Shown here piece after piece: positions 1 through 8,519 of a stretch of 64,000 bases of DNA (the stretch's first letter is position 1; each line of letters begins with the position of its first letter). The translations under genes were made by a program, and so were the position numbers. Under the pieces are notes generated by a model, which searched no databases, was not told where the DNA came from, and worked only from the letters and a program-made list of their open reading frames with translations. The DNA is from a virus (Duplodnaviria > Caudoviricetes): positions 1,040 to 65,039 of the IMG/VR virus record IMGVR_UViG_3300046004_002544; one strand, given 5' to 3'.

Positions 1-363
1 GGTGACGTTCCCCAGATCGAGTGGCCCAATGTGCCGGTCGTCGGCCCTAAGCTGGCCGACGGGAACGTCCCCTGGGGCAAGCTGCTGATCGAGCACACCG
101 GCGGCGATCAGCGCACCTTCGGTCCGGTCGGGCAGCGCCGCATGGAGCGGTGGGGTGAATTGACCTTCCAGGTTTTCGTCCCCGCCGGCAAACGCGGGCT
201 CGAGCTGGCGGGCCAGCTCGCTAAGGTCGCGCTCAACGCCTACGAGGGTTCAACTCTCGACGGCGTCCGCTTCCGCCGCGTCGGTTTGAAGGATGTGGGA
301 GTCAACGGCGCCTGGCAGCAGACGAACGTGACAGCCCACTTCGAATACGACGAGGCGGCCTGA
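1..363 (+). CDS. Tail terminator / tail-completion protein (5' end outside window)
   Basis: Frame is open from the window start. Has 'IEWPN...FQVFVPAG...WQQTNVTAHFEY', typical of tail terminators. Lies directly before the major tail gene. Confidence 0.65.
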   Translation, partial: GDVPQIEWPNVPVVGPKLADGNVPWGKLLIEHTGGDQRTFGPVGQRRMERWGELTFQVFVPAGKRGLELAGQLAKVALNAYEGSTLDGVRFRRVGLKDVGVNGAWQQTNVTAHFEYDEAA

Positions 364-384
364 CCCCTTTAGGAGGAGCCGATA

Positions 385-1863
385 ATGGGCGCCATCACCG
401 CTGACAGCAATGGCTCCGGCCTCAGGATTGCGGAGGAGACCTACGGGACCCCCGGCACCCTGCCCGGGACCCCCGTCTGGGAACCCTATGAGCCGAACAG
501 CTACGGCGACTTTGGCGGCCAGACCAAGACCACGGCGCGCACGCCGATCGCCGCCGACCGCCAGCGGCGCAAGGGCGTCGTCACGGACTTCGACGCCGTC
601 GCGGGCTTCCAGTCCGACTTCACGTCCAAGGGCATGTACACCCTGATGCAGGGCTTCATGTTCGCTGACTGGCGGGCGAAGACCAACCTGCTGCCCAGCG
701 CCGTGTCGGCCACCCTGTACACCGTCCCGTCGGGCGGCGCCGGCTTCCTGGTCAACAGCATCGCCTTCGGCGAAGGCTTCGCGGTCGCCACCAACAACGG
801 CATCCACGTTGTCACCGCTTCGGCCGGCACCACCGTCACGGCCCCCGGCCTGGCGACGGAAGCCTCGCCTCCGACTGGCGCCAAGATCACGCGCGTTGGC
901 CATCAGGGCGCCTCGGCGGACCTCACCCTGACCGTCACGGGCGGCATTCCCACCCTGGGCTCCACGGCCCTGAACTTCACGACCCTGGGTCTCATCCCGG
1001 GTGAGTGGCTGTTCATCGGCGGGGACAGCGCGGCCCTGGCGTACGCCACCGCGGCCAACAAGGGCTTTTACCGGATCAAGACGATCGCCGCCAATGCGAT
1101 CGTGTTCGACCGCTGGCCCGTCGGCGTGACGACCGACACCGGCACCGGCAAGACGATCCAGCTGTTCTTCGGCCACGTCATCAAGAACGAGTCCGACCCG
1201 GCTCTCCAGAAGCTGCGCACCTACCAGGCCGAGCGCACCCTCAACGCGACCAACATCCAGTACGTCAAGGGCTGCGCCGCGGACAAGCTGTCCATCGACG
1301 TCAAGACCGGCGACAAGATCACCGTCGACATCGGTATGGTCGGACTGGACGAGGAAGACCTCGGCGCCGCAAAGGGTGGCACCCGCCCGGCCGTCCCGGC
1401 CCAGGTGGCGTTCAACTCGTCCTCGGACTTCACCCGGCTGCGTCTCATCAACGACAGCCTGGGCAGCGACCTGGCGGTCTACCTGACCGACCTGAAGCTG
1501 GAAGTGAACAACGGGATCGTCGCGGCCAAGGCCATCGGCACCCTCGGCGGCTTCGACCTGAACGCTGCGGACTTCGCGGTTACCGGCTCCGTCGAGGCCT
1601 ACTTCGCCTCGATCGTCGCGGTGCAGCAGGTCAAGGCCAACGCTGACGTGGCCCTCGACTTCGCCCTGGTGGCGTCGGTCGGTGGCTTCGCCCTCGGCTG
1701 GTTGTTCGACATCCCGCTCATCGGCCTGGGCGACGGTCGCGTCAAGGTGGAGAAGGACAAGCCGGTGAAGCTGCCGCTGTCCATGGACGCCGCGGCCCAC
1801 CCCACCCTGAACCACACCCTCCTGGTGTGCAACTTCCCCTACCTCCCCGCCGGCGCGCTCTAA
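385..1863 (+). CDS. Major tail tube protein
   Basis: 492 aa with strong RBS (AGGAGG), Thr/Gly-rich, N-terminal 'GLRIAEETYG...WEPYEPNSYGDFGG'. Followed by a terminator and the chaperone genes. Confidence 0.8.
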   Translation: MGAITADSNGSGLRIAEETYGTPGTLPGTPVWEPYEPNSYGDFGGQTKTTARTPIAADRQRRKGVVTDFDAVAGFQSDFTSKGMYTLMQGFMFADWRAKTNLLPSAVSATLYTVPSGGAGFLVNSIAFGEGFAVATNNGIHVVTASAGTTVTAPGLATEASPPTGAKITRVGHQGASADLTLTVTGGIPTLGSTALNFTTLGLIPGEWLFIGGDSAALAYATAANKGFYRIKTIAANAIVFDRWPVGVTTDTGTGKTIQLFFGHVIKNESDPALQKLRTYQAERTLNATNIQYVKGCAADKLSIDVKTGDKITVDIGMVGLDEEDLGAAKGGTRPAVPAQVAFNSSSDFTRLRLINDSLGSDLAVYLTDLKLEVNNGIVAAKAIGTLGGFDLNAADFAVTGSVEAYFASIVAVQQVKANADVALDFALVASVGGFALGWLFDIPLIGLGDGRVKVEKDKPVKLPLSMDAAAHPTLNHTLLVCNFPYLPAGAL

Positions 1864-1887
1864 GCTTCGACGGCACCAACCAGGCAA

Positions 1888-1918
1888 GGGCCGGTCCATT
1901 CTGTGGACCGGCCCTTTT
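1888..1918 (+). terminator. Rho-independent terminator after the tail tube gene
   Basis: Hairpin AGGGCCGGTCCA-TTCTG-TGGACCGGCCCT followed by a T-tract. Confidence 0.8.
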
Positions 1919-1938
1919 CCTATACGGAGCTACAGAAC

Positions 1939-2442
1939 ATGACCACCTCGACCCCGCCGGCCATCAACAAGGCCAGCCCCTTCGCCCTGTTCGAGACGAA
2001 CACCGACCTGGAGAAGGCCGGCATCGACCTGGACTACGGCGCCTTCTATCTCACGGTCGCCCGCGCGGGCGGCAGCAACACCCGCTTTGGCGAGGTGCTG
2101 CGCGCCAAGCTGGCGCCCTACCGCCGCGCCATCGAGACCGAGACGATGGACGACGAGCTGGCCGGCCGCCTGGCGGTCGAAGCCTTCGCGGAGTCCGTCA
2201 TCACCGGCTGGGGCCGCTTCAAGGTCGACGAGGCCGGCGCCACCGTCCTGGACGCCCAGGGCAACAAGGTCCGGGTCCCGGGCAAGATGCCCTGGCGTGA
2301 CGGCTCCGAGCGGGACTTCTCGGTCGAGAATGTGACCGAGCTGTTCAAGCTGCTGCCCGACCTGGCGCGCGACGCCATGACCCAGGCCCAGCGCCAGACG
2401 CTGTTCCGGCGCACCCTGGCGGAGATCGACGGAAAAAACTAG
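1939..2442 (+). CDS. Tail assembly chaperone (lambda G-like)
   Basis: Lies between tube and tape measure genes. ATG at 1939 follows GGAG. Ends in the slippery sequence GGA AAA AAC TAG. Confidence 0.8.
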   Translation: MTTSTPPAINKASPFALFETNTDLEKAGIDLDYGAFYLTVARAGGSNTRFGEVLRAKLAPYRRAIETETMDDELAGRLAVEAFAESVITGWGRFKVDEAGATVLDAQGNKVRVPGKMPWRDGSERDFSVENVTELFKLLPDLARDAMTQAQRQTLFRRTLAEIDGKN

Positions 2443-2786
2443 CGGCGGTCCTGCTCTACACGCTGGAGCAGGGCCCGACCGAGAAGTCGATCATCAAGCA
2501 AGCCCTCCGGCGGCGCCAGGCGCTGCCGGAGGCGATTGCAGGAGCTCCCCACCTCCCGGAGCACCTGCTGGACTACTGGGAGGCCTACGATCAGCTCTCT
2601 ACCTGCCGCGCCTACATCGGGATGGCAGGTGTCCCGGCTTCGATCCCCTGGACGGCGATCGAGAAGTATGCCCGCCAACACGGGTTCACCGGCAGCTCCT
2701 TCGACGACTTAGTGACCATCGTACGGGCCATGGACGAGGCCTACCGCGACAAGGTCATCAAGGAGCTCCCGAGTGGCGACGGCTGA
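2433..2786 (+). CDS. -1 frameshift extension of the tail chaperone (lambda GT-like)
   Basis: Slippery heptamer A AAA AAC at 2433-2439. The -1 frame stays open to TGA at 2784-2786 (LAAVLLYTLEQG...YWEAYDQLSTCR...IPWTAIEKYA...) with no early start codon of its own. Confidence 0.8.
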   Translation, partial: KKLAAVLLYTLEQGPTEKSIIKQALRRRQALPEAIAGAPHLPEHLLDYWEAYDQLSTCRAYIGMAGVPASIPWTAIEKYARQHGFTGSSFDDLVTIVRAMDEAYRDKVIKELPSGDG

Positions 2787-3192
2787 ACAGTTCAGTAGGC
2801 GAATGGCGTCCCTCGGCCTTCAAGTGGCCGAGGGCGCCGACGTCGTCGTCCGAAAGGTGGCCTTGGCCGCCGACCAGGTCATCGTGATGGCCACTCCCGT
2901 CGATGAAGGCCGGGCGCGGTCCAACTGGATCGCAGCTCTCGACGCTGCCGCGGTAGGAACCGTGGAGCCGTATGCCGAGGGCGCTGCGGCGGCCAACGGG
3001 GCAATTGAACAGGCTGCCCGAGTCATCGCCGACTACGACGGTGACGTCCATTCCGAAATACACCTCACCAACAACCTCCCCTACATCGGCGAGCTCAATG
3101 ACGGGAGCTCTGCACAAGCCCCCGCAGGCTTTGTCGAGAAGGGCGTCACCGCCGCGGTGAAGGCCGTTGGTCAGGGTCTGGAGCTCAAGTAG
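2773..3192 (+). CDS. HK97 gp10-like tail-completion/neck protein
   Basis: Motifs 'TPVDEGRARSNW' and 'TNNLPYIGELNDGSSAQAPAGFV'. Confidence 0.75.
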   Translation: MATAEQFSRRMASLGLQVAEGADVVVRKVALAADQVIVMATPVDEGRARSNWIAALDAAAVGTVEPYAEGAAAANGAIEQAARVIADYDGDVHSEIHLTNNLPYIGELNDGSSAQAPAGFVEKGVTAAVKAVGQGLELK

Positions 3193-3193
3193 G

Positions 3194-6100
3194 ATGGCTG
3201 AAGCACGCATTGACGTCGTCGTCCGGGAGGACGGCAGCCGCGTCGTGAAGAGGAACCTGGAAGACGTAGGCGAGAGCGGCAAGAAGGCCGCCTTCGGCGT
3301 CGACTTCCTGAAGAAGGCCCTGGTCGGCGCTCTGGCGGGCACCGCCGTCGTCGCCATGCTCCGGTCCCTGACCAGCGCGGCGTTCGAGTTCACCGATCAG
3401 ATCACTGAGGTGTCGACCCTGGTCAACACCGCGACCTTCGACATGGACGCCCTGACCGAGGCGGCCAAGCGCCAGGCCGTGCAGTTTGGCTCCATGCCCA
3501 CCCTGCAGGCCAAGGCCCTCTACCAGATTGTCTCCGCAGGCGCCTCCGACGCGACCACGGCGACCGAGCGCTTGAACGCCGCCAACCAACTGGCCGTTGG
3601 GGGCGTGACCGATGTGCTCACGGCGGCGGACGGTCTCACCTCGGTGATGAATGCGTATGGTGCTGCCGCAGGCTCTGCCACCGATGTGACGGACGCCATG
3701 TTCACCGCCGTCAAGGCAGGCAAGACGACCATCGCCGAGCTGTCCTCCTCGCTGGGCATGGTTGCGCCGCTGGCGTCGGTCGTCGGAGTGTCCTTCGACG
3801 AGCTCACCGCGTCAGTCGCCGCCCTGACCAAGGGAGGCATGGCGACGTCGGTGGCTGTGACGGGCGTGCGAGCCATTCTGGCCGCGGTCGCCAAGCCTTC
3901 CGAGGAAGCCAAAGACCTCGCCAAGGAGCTGGGCATTGACTTCTCGGCGGCGGGTCTGAAGGCCAAGGGCTTTGCGGGCTTCCTCGAAGAGCTGACCTCC
4001 AAGACGGGCGGCAGCACCGAGAAGCTGGCCCTGCTGTTCGGCGGCGTCGAGGCCCTCGTGCCCATGCTGGCCCTGAGCGGTCAAGCCGGCGTGGACTTCT
4101 ACAACATCCTCGACCAGATGGAGAACAAGACCGGCGCCACGGCCGAGGCCTTCGAGAAGATGGCTCAAAGCCCGGGCTTCCAGCTGAACCGCGTCTTCGC
4201 AGCCATCAAGGTCGAAGCTATCGAGCTGGGCACAGGCATCGCCAAGGCCCTGGTGCCTGTCATGAAGCTGGCGGCCGACAACATGGGGAACGTCGTCGAC
4301 GTCGCCAAGCTCCTGGTCGTTGTGACTGGCGCATACATGGCGCTGATCGCCGGCAACAAGGTCCTGGGCTTTGCTGGTGAGCTGATCCGGCTGGAAAAGG
4401 CGCTCGGCGCGGCCAGCATGATGCAGGCTGTCCTCGGCGTGGCGACCAAGTTCACCACTGGCGCCTTCAACGGCCTGACCCTGGCGATCGCCGCCAACCC
4501 ACTGGGCGCGCTCCTGGTCGCTGTCACAGCGGTCATCGCGGCGTTCATCCTGTTCGGCGATCAGATCAAGATCACCTCGGACGGAGCTGTCTCCCTGAAG
4601 GATGGCTTCTTCGCCGCCCTGAGCCTGATCGGCGACATGTTCGCCGGCGTGGGGCAGTTCATCTCGAGCACCTGGGGCACGATGGTCGACTTCCTCAAGT
4701 CGAACTTTTCGGCCTTTGGCGACTGGACGGGGGACATCCTCACTGACATCCTGAACATGGCCAAGGCCGTGATTAACGGCCAGATCGGCCTGTGGGTGTT
4801 CGCGTTCAACGCGGTCAAGCTCGTCTGGAACAACTTCCCGGGGGCCATGAACCTCCTGTTTGTGTCTGTCGTGAACCTGGGCATCACGGCCGTCGAGGCC
4901 CTGGTGAACTCCTGGCAGATCGGCCTGCGTCTGATCGCTGGCCTCGTGGGCAAGCTGAGCCCCGAGCTGGCGAGCAACCTGAACAGCGCCCTGGACAAGG
5001 TGACCGTTCGCATTCCGCGGGCAAAGGCCAGCGCCGCCGGCGCCCAGTTCGGCTCCGACCTGTCGGCGGCCGCGGGTTCGGCGTTCAGCACCGACTTCGT
5101 GGGTGACGCCACCGACGCGATCATCAAGCGCGCCAGGGAGCGGGGCTCGGCCAGCGGCGCTGGAGGCGTTGTGACTGGAGCGACGGACCCGGCCGCCGCG
5201 GCGGTTGAGGACGCCACCAGCGACGCGGGCAAAGGCGGCAAGGATACCGGTCAGACCCGTGTCCAGTACCTGCAACAGCTCCGGGAAGAGACCCAGGCGG
5301 CGACCGACGTCGCCAAGGGCCTCAACTACGAGTGGCGCCAGGTCGACAGCGACATGGCGGGCATCGCGCAGAACCTGAAGGAGAACAACTGGGCGCCCCT
5401 CACGGAAGGCGAGACCCTCGCCCTGCGTGAGAAGATCAAGGCCATGTACGACGAGCAGGCCCTGCAGCAGATGCGGGATGGCATCCTGCAGGCCGCCCGT
5501 GAGCCCCAGCTTGAGTACGAGCGGCACCTCAAGGCCGCCAAGCAGCTCCTCGACGCGGGCAAGCTGAGCCTCGACGAATGGACGGACTCTGTGCAGGATG
5601 CGCGGATTGCCTTCCTGCAGACCAAGGACGACCTGGCGTCTGGCCTCGAGCTGGGCAGGCTGCAGGTTCTGAAGGAAGTCGCCGACGACGCTTCGCGGGT
5701 CGCCTCGGCCTACCGCGCCCAGTTCATGGCGGCCAATGACGGACTGCTCCAGCTGCAGGCTAACGCCGCGGCCCTGAAGCAGCTCATGATCGACGACCCC
5801 ATCAACTCGGGGAACTATGGCCGCGAGCTCCAGAACATCGCCATGGCCGCCGCCGCCCTCCGGGTTGAGATGGGCCAGGGTAGCCTCACCGATGTCATGG
5901 TGACGAGCCTCGGAGGCCTCGTGGGAGGCTTCCGCGGCGTGGCAGCCGAGCTGACCACCATCTGGGGCGACTTCAACACCAAGCTGGTGGATGGGTTCGC
6001 CGACAGCATTGGCCGGGCGATCGTGTATGGAGACGACCTCAAGGAGTCCCTGCGCGACCTGGCGCGCTCCGCCTTGTCGGAACTCATCTCCGCTCTCGTC

Positions 6101-6883
6101 AAGGTCGGTATCCAGTGGCTCATCAACAAGGCCATGGCCCTCGCGGGCATCGGAGCTACGACCGCCGCGACTGTGGCGTCTCACGCCACTACCACGGCCA
6201 GCGCCATTGGCGCTACGGCCGCAGCCACGACCGCCTCGGTCGCCGCGGGCGCTCTGACGGCCGCCGCGTGGGCGCCGGCCGCCGCTGCAGTGTCCCTCGC
6301 CTCGTTCGGTGCGAACGCCGCGCCGGCCGCCGCGGGCATCTCGCTCACCGCGGCCCTGGCGATCGCCGTGCTCGCGGCGGGCGCCGGCTTCCTGCTGGCC
6401 AAGGCGTTCCGCACGGGTGGCCCGGTCTCCGGCCCGGGCACCGGGACGTCGGACAGCATCCCTGCCTGGCTCTCGGATGGTGAGTTCGTGGTGAACGCCA
6501 ATGCGACGAGCCAGAACAGGCAGCTCCTGGAGCTCATCAACTCGGGCACTGACGTCGGAGCCATGATGGTGGCGCGGGCGTCGAATGACAACCGCTTCGC
6601 CCGCGGTGGTGGAGTGGGTCGGGCGGTCACGGTCATGCGGCCCACGTCCCAAGCGATGCCTTCCGGCGACGTCAACGTCACCATCGAGGATCACTCGCAA
6701 AAGGGCATGGACTTCGAGGTCGAGCAGGTTGGCCCTAACCAAGTGCGTATCATCGCTCGAGAGGAAGCTCGGCGCACGCTGCGCGACGAGGGCCCCGCCC
6801 TGGTCGCCGGCGAAATCAGCAACCCCAACTCGAAGACCTCCAGGGCTCTGGGTCAGCACACCAAGACGGAGAGGAAGCGGTAA
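3194..6883 (+). CDS. Tail tape measure protein
   Basis: ~1229 aa, Ala-rich and helical, with a hydrophobic middle. C-terminal 'GGPVSGPGTGTSDSIPAWLSDGEFVVNA'. Follows the chaperones. Confidence 0.92.
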   Translation: MAEARIDVVVREDGSRVVKRNLEDVGESGKKAAFGVDFLKKALVGALAGTAVVAMLRSLTSAAFEFTDQITEVSTLVNTATFDMDALTEAAKRQAVQFGSMPTLQAKALYQIVSAGASDATTATERLNAANQLAVGGVTDVLTAADGLTSVMNAYGAAAGSATDVTDAMFTAVKAGKTTIAELSSSLGMVAPLASVVGVSFDELTASVAALTKGGMATSVAVTGVRAILAAVAKPSEEAKDLAKELGIDFSAAGLKAKGFAGFLEELTSKTGGSTEKLALLFGGVEALVPMLALSGQAGVDFYNILDQMENKTGATAEAFEKMAQSPGFQLNRVFAAIKVEAIELGTGIAKALVPVMKLAADNMGNVVDVAKLLVVVTGAYMALIAGNKVLGFAGELIRLEKALGAASMMQAVLGVATKFTTGAFNGLTLAIAANPLGALLVAVTAVIAAFILFGDQIKITSDGAVSLKDGFFAALSLIGDMFAGVGQFISSTWGTMVDFLKSNFSAFGDWTGDILTDILNMAKAVINGQIGLWVFAFNAVKLVWNNFPGAMNLLFVSVVNLGITAVEALVNSWQIGLRLIAGLVGKLSPELASNLNSALDKVTVRIPRAKASAAGAQFGSDLSAAAGSAFSTDFVGDATDAIIKRARERGSASGAGGVVTGATDPAAAAVEDATSDAGKGGKDTGQTRVQYLQQLREETQAATDVAKGLNYEWRQVDSDMAGIAQNLKENNWAPLTEGETLALREKIKAMYDEQALQQMRDGILQAAREPQLEYERHLKAAKQLLDAGKLSLDEWTDSVQDARIAFLQTKDDLASGLELGRLQVLKEVADDASRVASAYRAQFMAANDGLLQLQANAAALKQLMIDDPINSGNYGRELQNIAMAAAALRVEMGQGSLTDVMVTSLGGLVGGFRGVAAELTTIWGDFNTKLVDGFADSIGRAIVYGDDLKESLRDLARSALSELISALVKVGIQWLINKAMALAGIGATTAATVASHATTTASAIGATAAATTASVAAGALTAAAWAPAAAAVSLASFGANAAPAAAGISLTAALAIAVLAAGAGFLLAKAFRTGGPVSGPGTGTSDSIPAWLSDGEFVVNANATSQNRQLLELINSGTDVGAMMVARASNDNRFARGGGVGRAVTVMRPTSQAMPSGDVNVTIEDHSQKGMDFEVEQVGPNQVRIIAREEARRTLRDEGPALVAGEISNPNSKTSRALGQHTKTERKR

Positions 6884-7249
6884 ATGGCGCTCCAGGTATG
6901 CAAGCTGGTCCCTGAGAAGGCTGGCTACACCGTGGTCGACGGCGACGGCGCCCTGCGAGTCCAGCATGAAGGACCCAGGGCGCGCTACCGTGAGGACGAC
7001 GAGGGCGACCTGGCTGATGTCAGCGTCAGCTTCCTCGTGGAGGGCGCCGGGCTTGTCTATTGGCGAGCCTTCTATCGCACTGGCACGAAGCGAGGGTCCC
7101 TCCCGTTCCTGATCGACCTGGCCATCGACGGCGCTGTGCTCACCAGGCACAAGGCATGGTTTGTCCCTGGCACCGTGAAGATGGTGTCGGCAGGCGGACT
7201 GGCATACCGGGTCACCTGCCAACTGGACGTTACCCCCGCCGCCAACTAG
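6884..7249 (+). CDS. Minor tail protein (distal tail / gpM-like), copy 1
   Basis: Directly after the tape measure gene. Shares 'RxFYRTxTKRGxLxF' with the next ORF. Confidence 0.65.
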   Translation: MALQVCKLVPEKAGYTVVDGDGALRVQHEGPRARYREDDEGDLADVSVSFLVEGAGLVYWRAFYRTGTKRGSLPFLIDLAIDGAVLTRHKAWFVPGTVKMVSAGGLAYRVTCQLDVTPAAN

Positions 7250-7255
7250 GAAGCC

Positions 7256-7666
7256 ATGACCACTCTCACGCTGCCCATCCTCCAGGACAGCTACCAGGTC
7301 GTCGACCAAAGGGTCACCCGCTCTGTCGACACCAAGGGCGGAGGACCACGTCGGCGCCTTGACCTGCTCGACGCGTCGGTGCGGGTCCTGGCGACCTGGA
7401 AGCTGTCGGCTGCCAAGTACGCAGCTCTCCGGACGTTCTACCGGACGACGACCAAGCGAGGCGCCTTGGTCTTTCAGGCGTACCTGATCCTGGACAGCTC
7501 AAGCCTCACCCTGCATGATTGCAACTTCGTGACGGGCACCTTCCGGCTGGTATCGATCGACGGCGGGACCTACACCGTGACCGCTGAGCTGGAGGCTATC
7601 CCCGCTGCGGACGACGCAGGGGCCGACGCCACCGTGATGGCTGCCTATGCGGGGACTGGATCATGA
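7256..7666 (+). CDS. Minor tail protein (distal tail / gpM-like), copy 2
   Basis: Paralogue of the previous ORF (LRTFYRTTTKRGALVF). Confidence 0.65.
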   Translation: MTTLTLPILQDSYQVVDQRVTRSVDTKGGGPRRRLDLLDASVRVLATWKLSAAKYAALRTFYRTTTKRGALVFQAYLILDSSSLTLHDCNFVTGTFRLVSIDGGTYTVTAELEAIPAADDAGADATVMAAYAGTGS

Positions 7667-8163
7667 GCGCCTACACAGAGTTCTTCCTCAACGGTCGGGC
7701 TGACGTGGCGCAGCTCGAGCTGTTGTCCATCTCGCACCCCGACTTCACGCAGGACTATCACCTGGTGCGGAACAAGGCAAGCGGCGTGACCGTGACCCTT
7801 GAGACCGCCGCCTCGCAGGCCTTTCAGTACGTACCGATGCGGATCAGCCAGATCGGCGTGCGGGACAACCTGGACTTTGGCCTGCGGGTCGACCTGGGAG
7901 ACCTGGGCGAGGTGCTGCCTCTCGAGCTCGATGCGGTGGCTACCGCAGGAGGCTTCGGCGTCAAGCCGACCGTCACCTATCGCACCTACCGCTCCGACAA
8001 CCTCACCGCCCCGCTCTTCGGGCCTGTCGTCCTCGAGGTCCCGTCCTTCGCCTTCACGGACGAGGGAGCCAGCTTCGAGGCTGAGGCGCCCAGGCTGAAC
8101 GTCAGCGCGACTGGCGAGCTGTACACCCTGGACCGCTTCCCCATGCTGAGGGGCCTGCTGTGA
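7663..8163 (+). CDS. Minor tail protein (DUF1833-like)
   Basis: 'LELLSISHPDF...Y.LVRN' and C-terminal 'TGELYTLDRFPMLRG'. Tail-tip synteny with ATGA overlap. Confidence 0.65.
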   Translation: MSAYTEFFLNGRADVAQLELLSISHPDFTQDYHLVRNKASGVTVTLETAASQAFQYVPMRISQIGVRDNLDFGLRVDLGDLGEVLPLELDAVATAGGFGVKPTVTYRTYRSDNLTAPLFGPVVLEVPSFAFTDEGASFEAEAPRLNVSATGELYTLDRFPMLRGLL

Positions 8164-8519
8164 GCCTGCCCAGCGTCGATCCGTTCCTGGACCGTGAGTA
8201 CCACCCGCGAGACTTCAACTGCCTGCACTACGCTGGCGAGGTCTGGCTGGCTGCCACGGGCGAGGACATCAGCGAGAAGCTGCGGTCCCTGCACGTCGAT
8301 CCGCGGGACAGGAAGATCAAGCGGTCGGTTGTCCGGGCCTTCACGCGGCTGGATAAGCCGCAAGACCCGTCTCTCGTCCTCATGCGCCGCCCGCGTATGG
8401 CGCCCCATGTGGGCGTCTACATTCGCGGGCGCGTCCTACACATCACCGAGCGCGGGCCGGCGTATCAGCCGCTCGACGTCGCCACGTTCGGGTTCACGTC
8501 CTGGGAGTTCTACCGATGA
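8160..8519 (+). CDS. NlpC/P60-like tail-tip assembly protein (gpK-like)
   Basis: 'FNCLHY' catalytic Cys and 'HVGVY...VLH'. Confidence 0.75.
   Translation: MSLPSVDPFLDREYHPRDFNCLHYAGEVWLAATGEDISEKLRSLHVDPRDRKIKRSVVRAFTRLDKPQDPSLVLMRRPRMAPHVGVYIRGRVLHITERGPAYQPLDVATFGFTSWEFYR

Noticed and set aside
3812-7309. Very long antisense ORFs (also 250-1899, 9194-10837, 17771-19831, 28479-30023, 38841-41090, 55105-56334)
   Set aside because: They are shadows of high-GC3 genes on the opposite strand, with no motifs or RBS, and they fully overlap well-supported genes.
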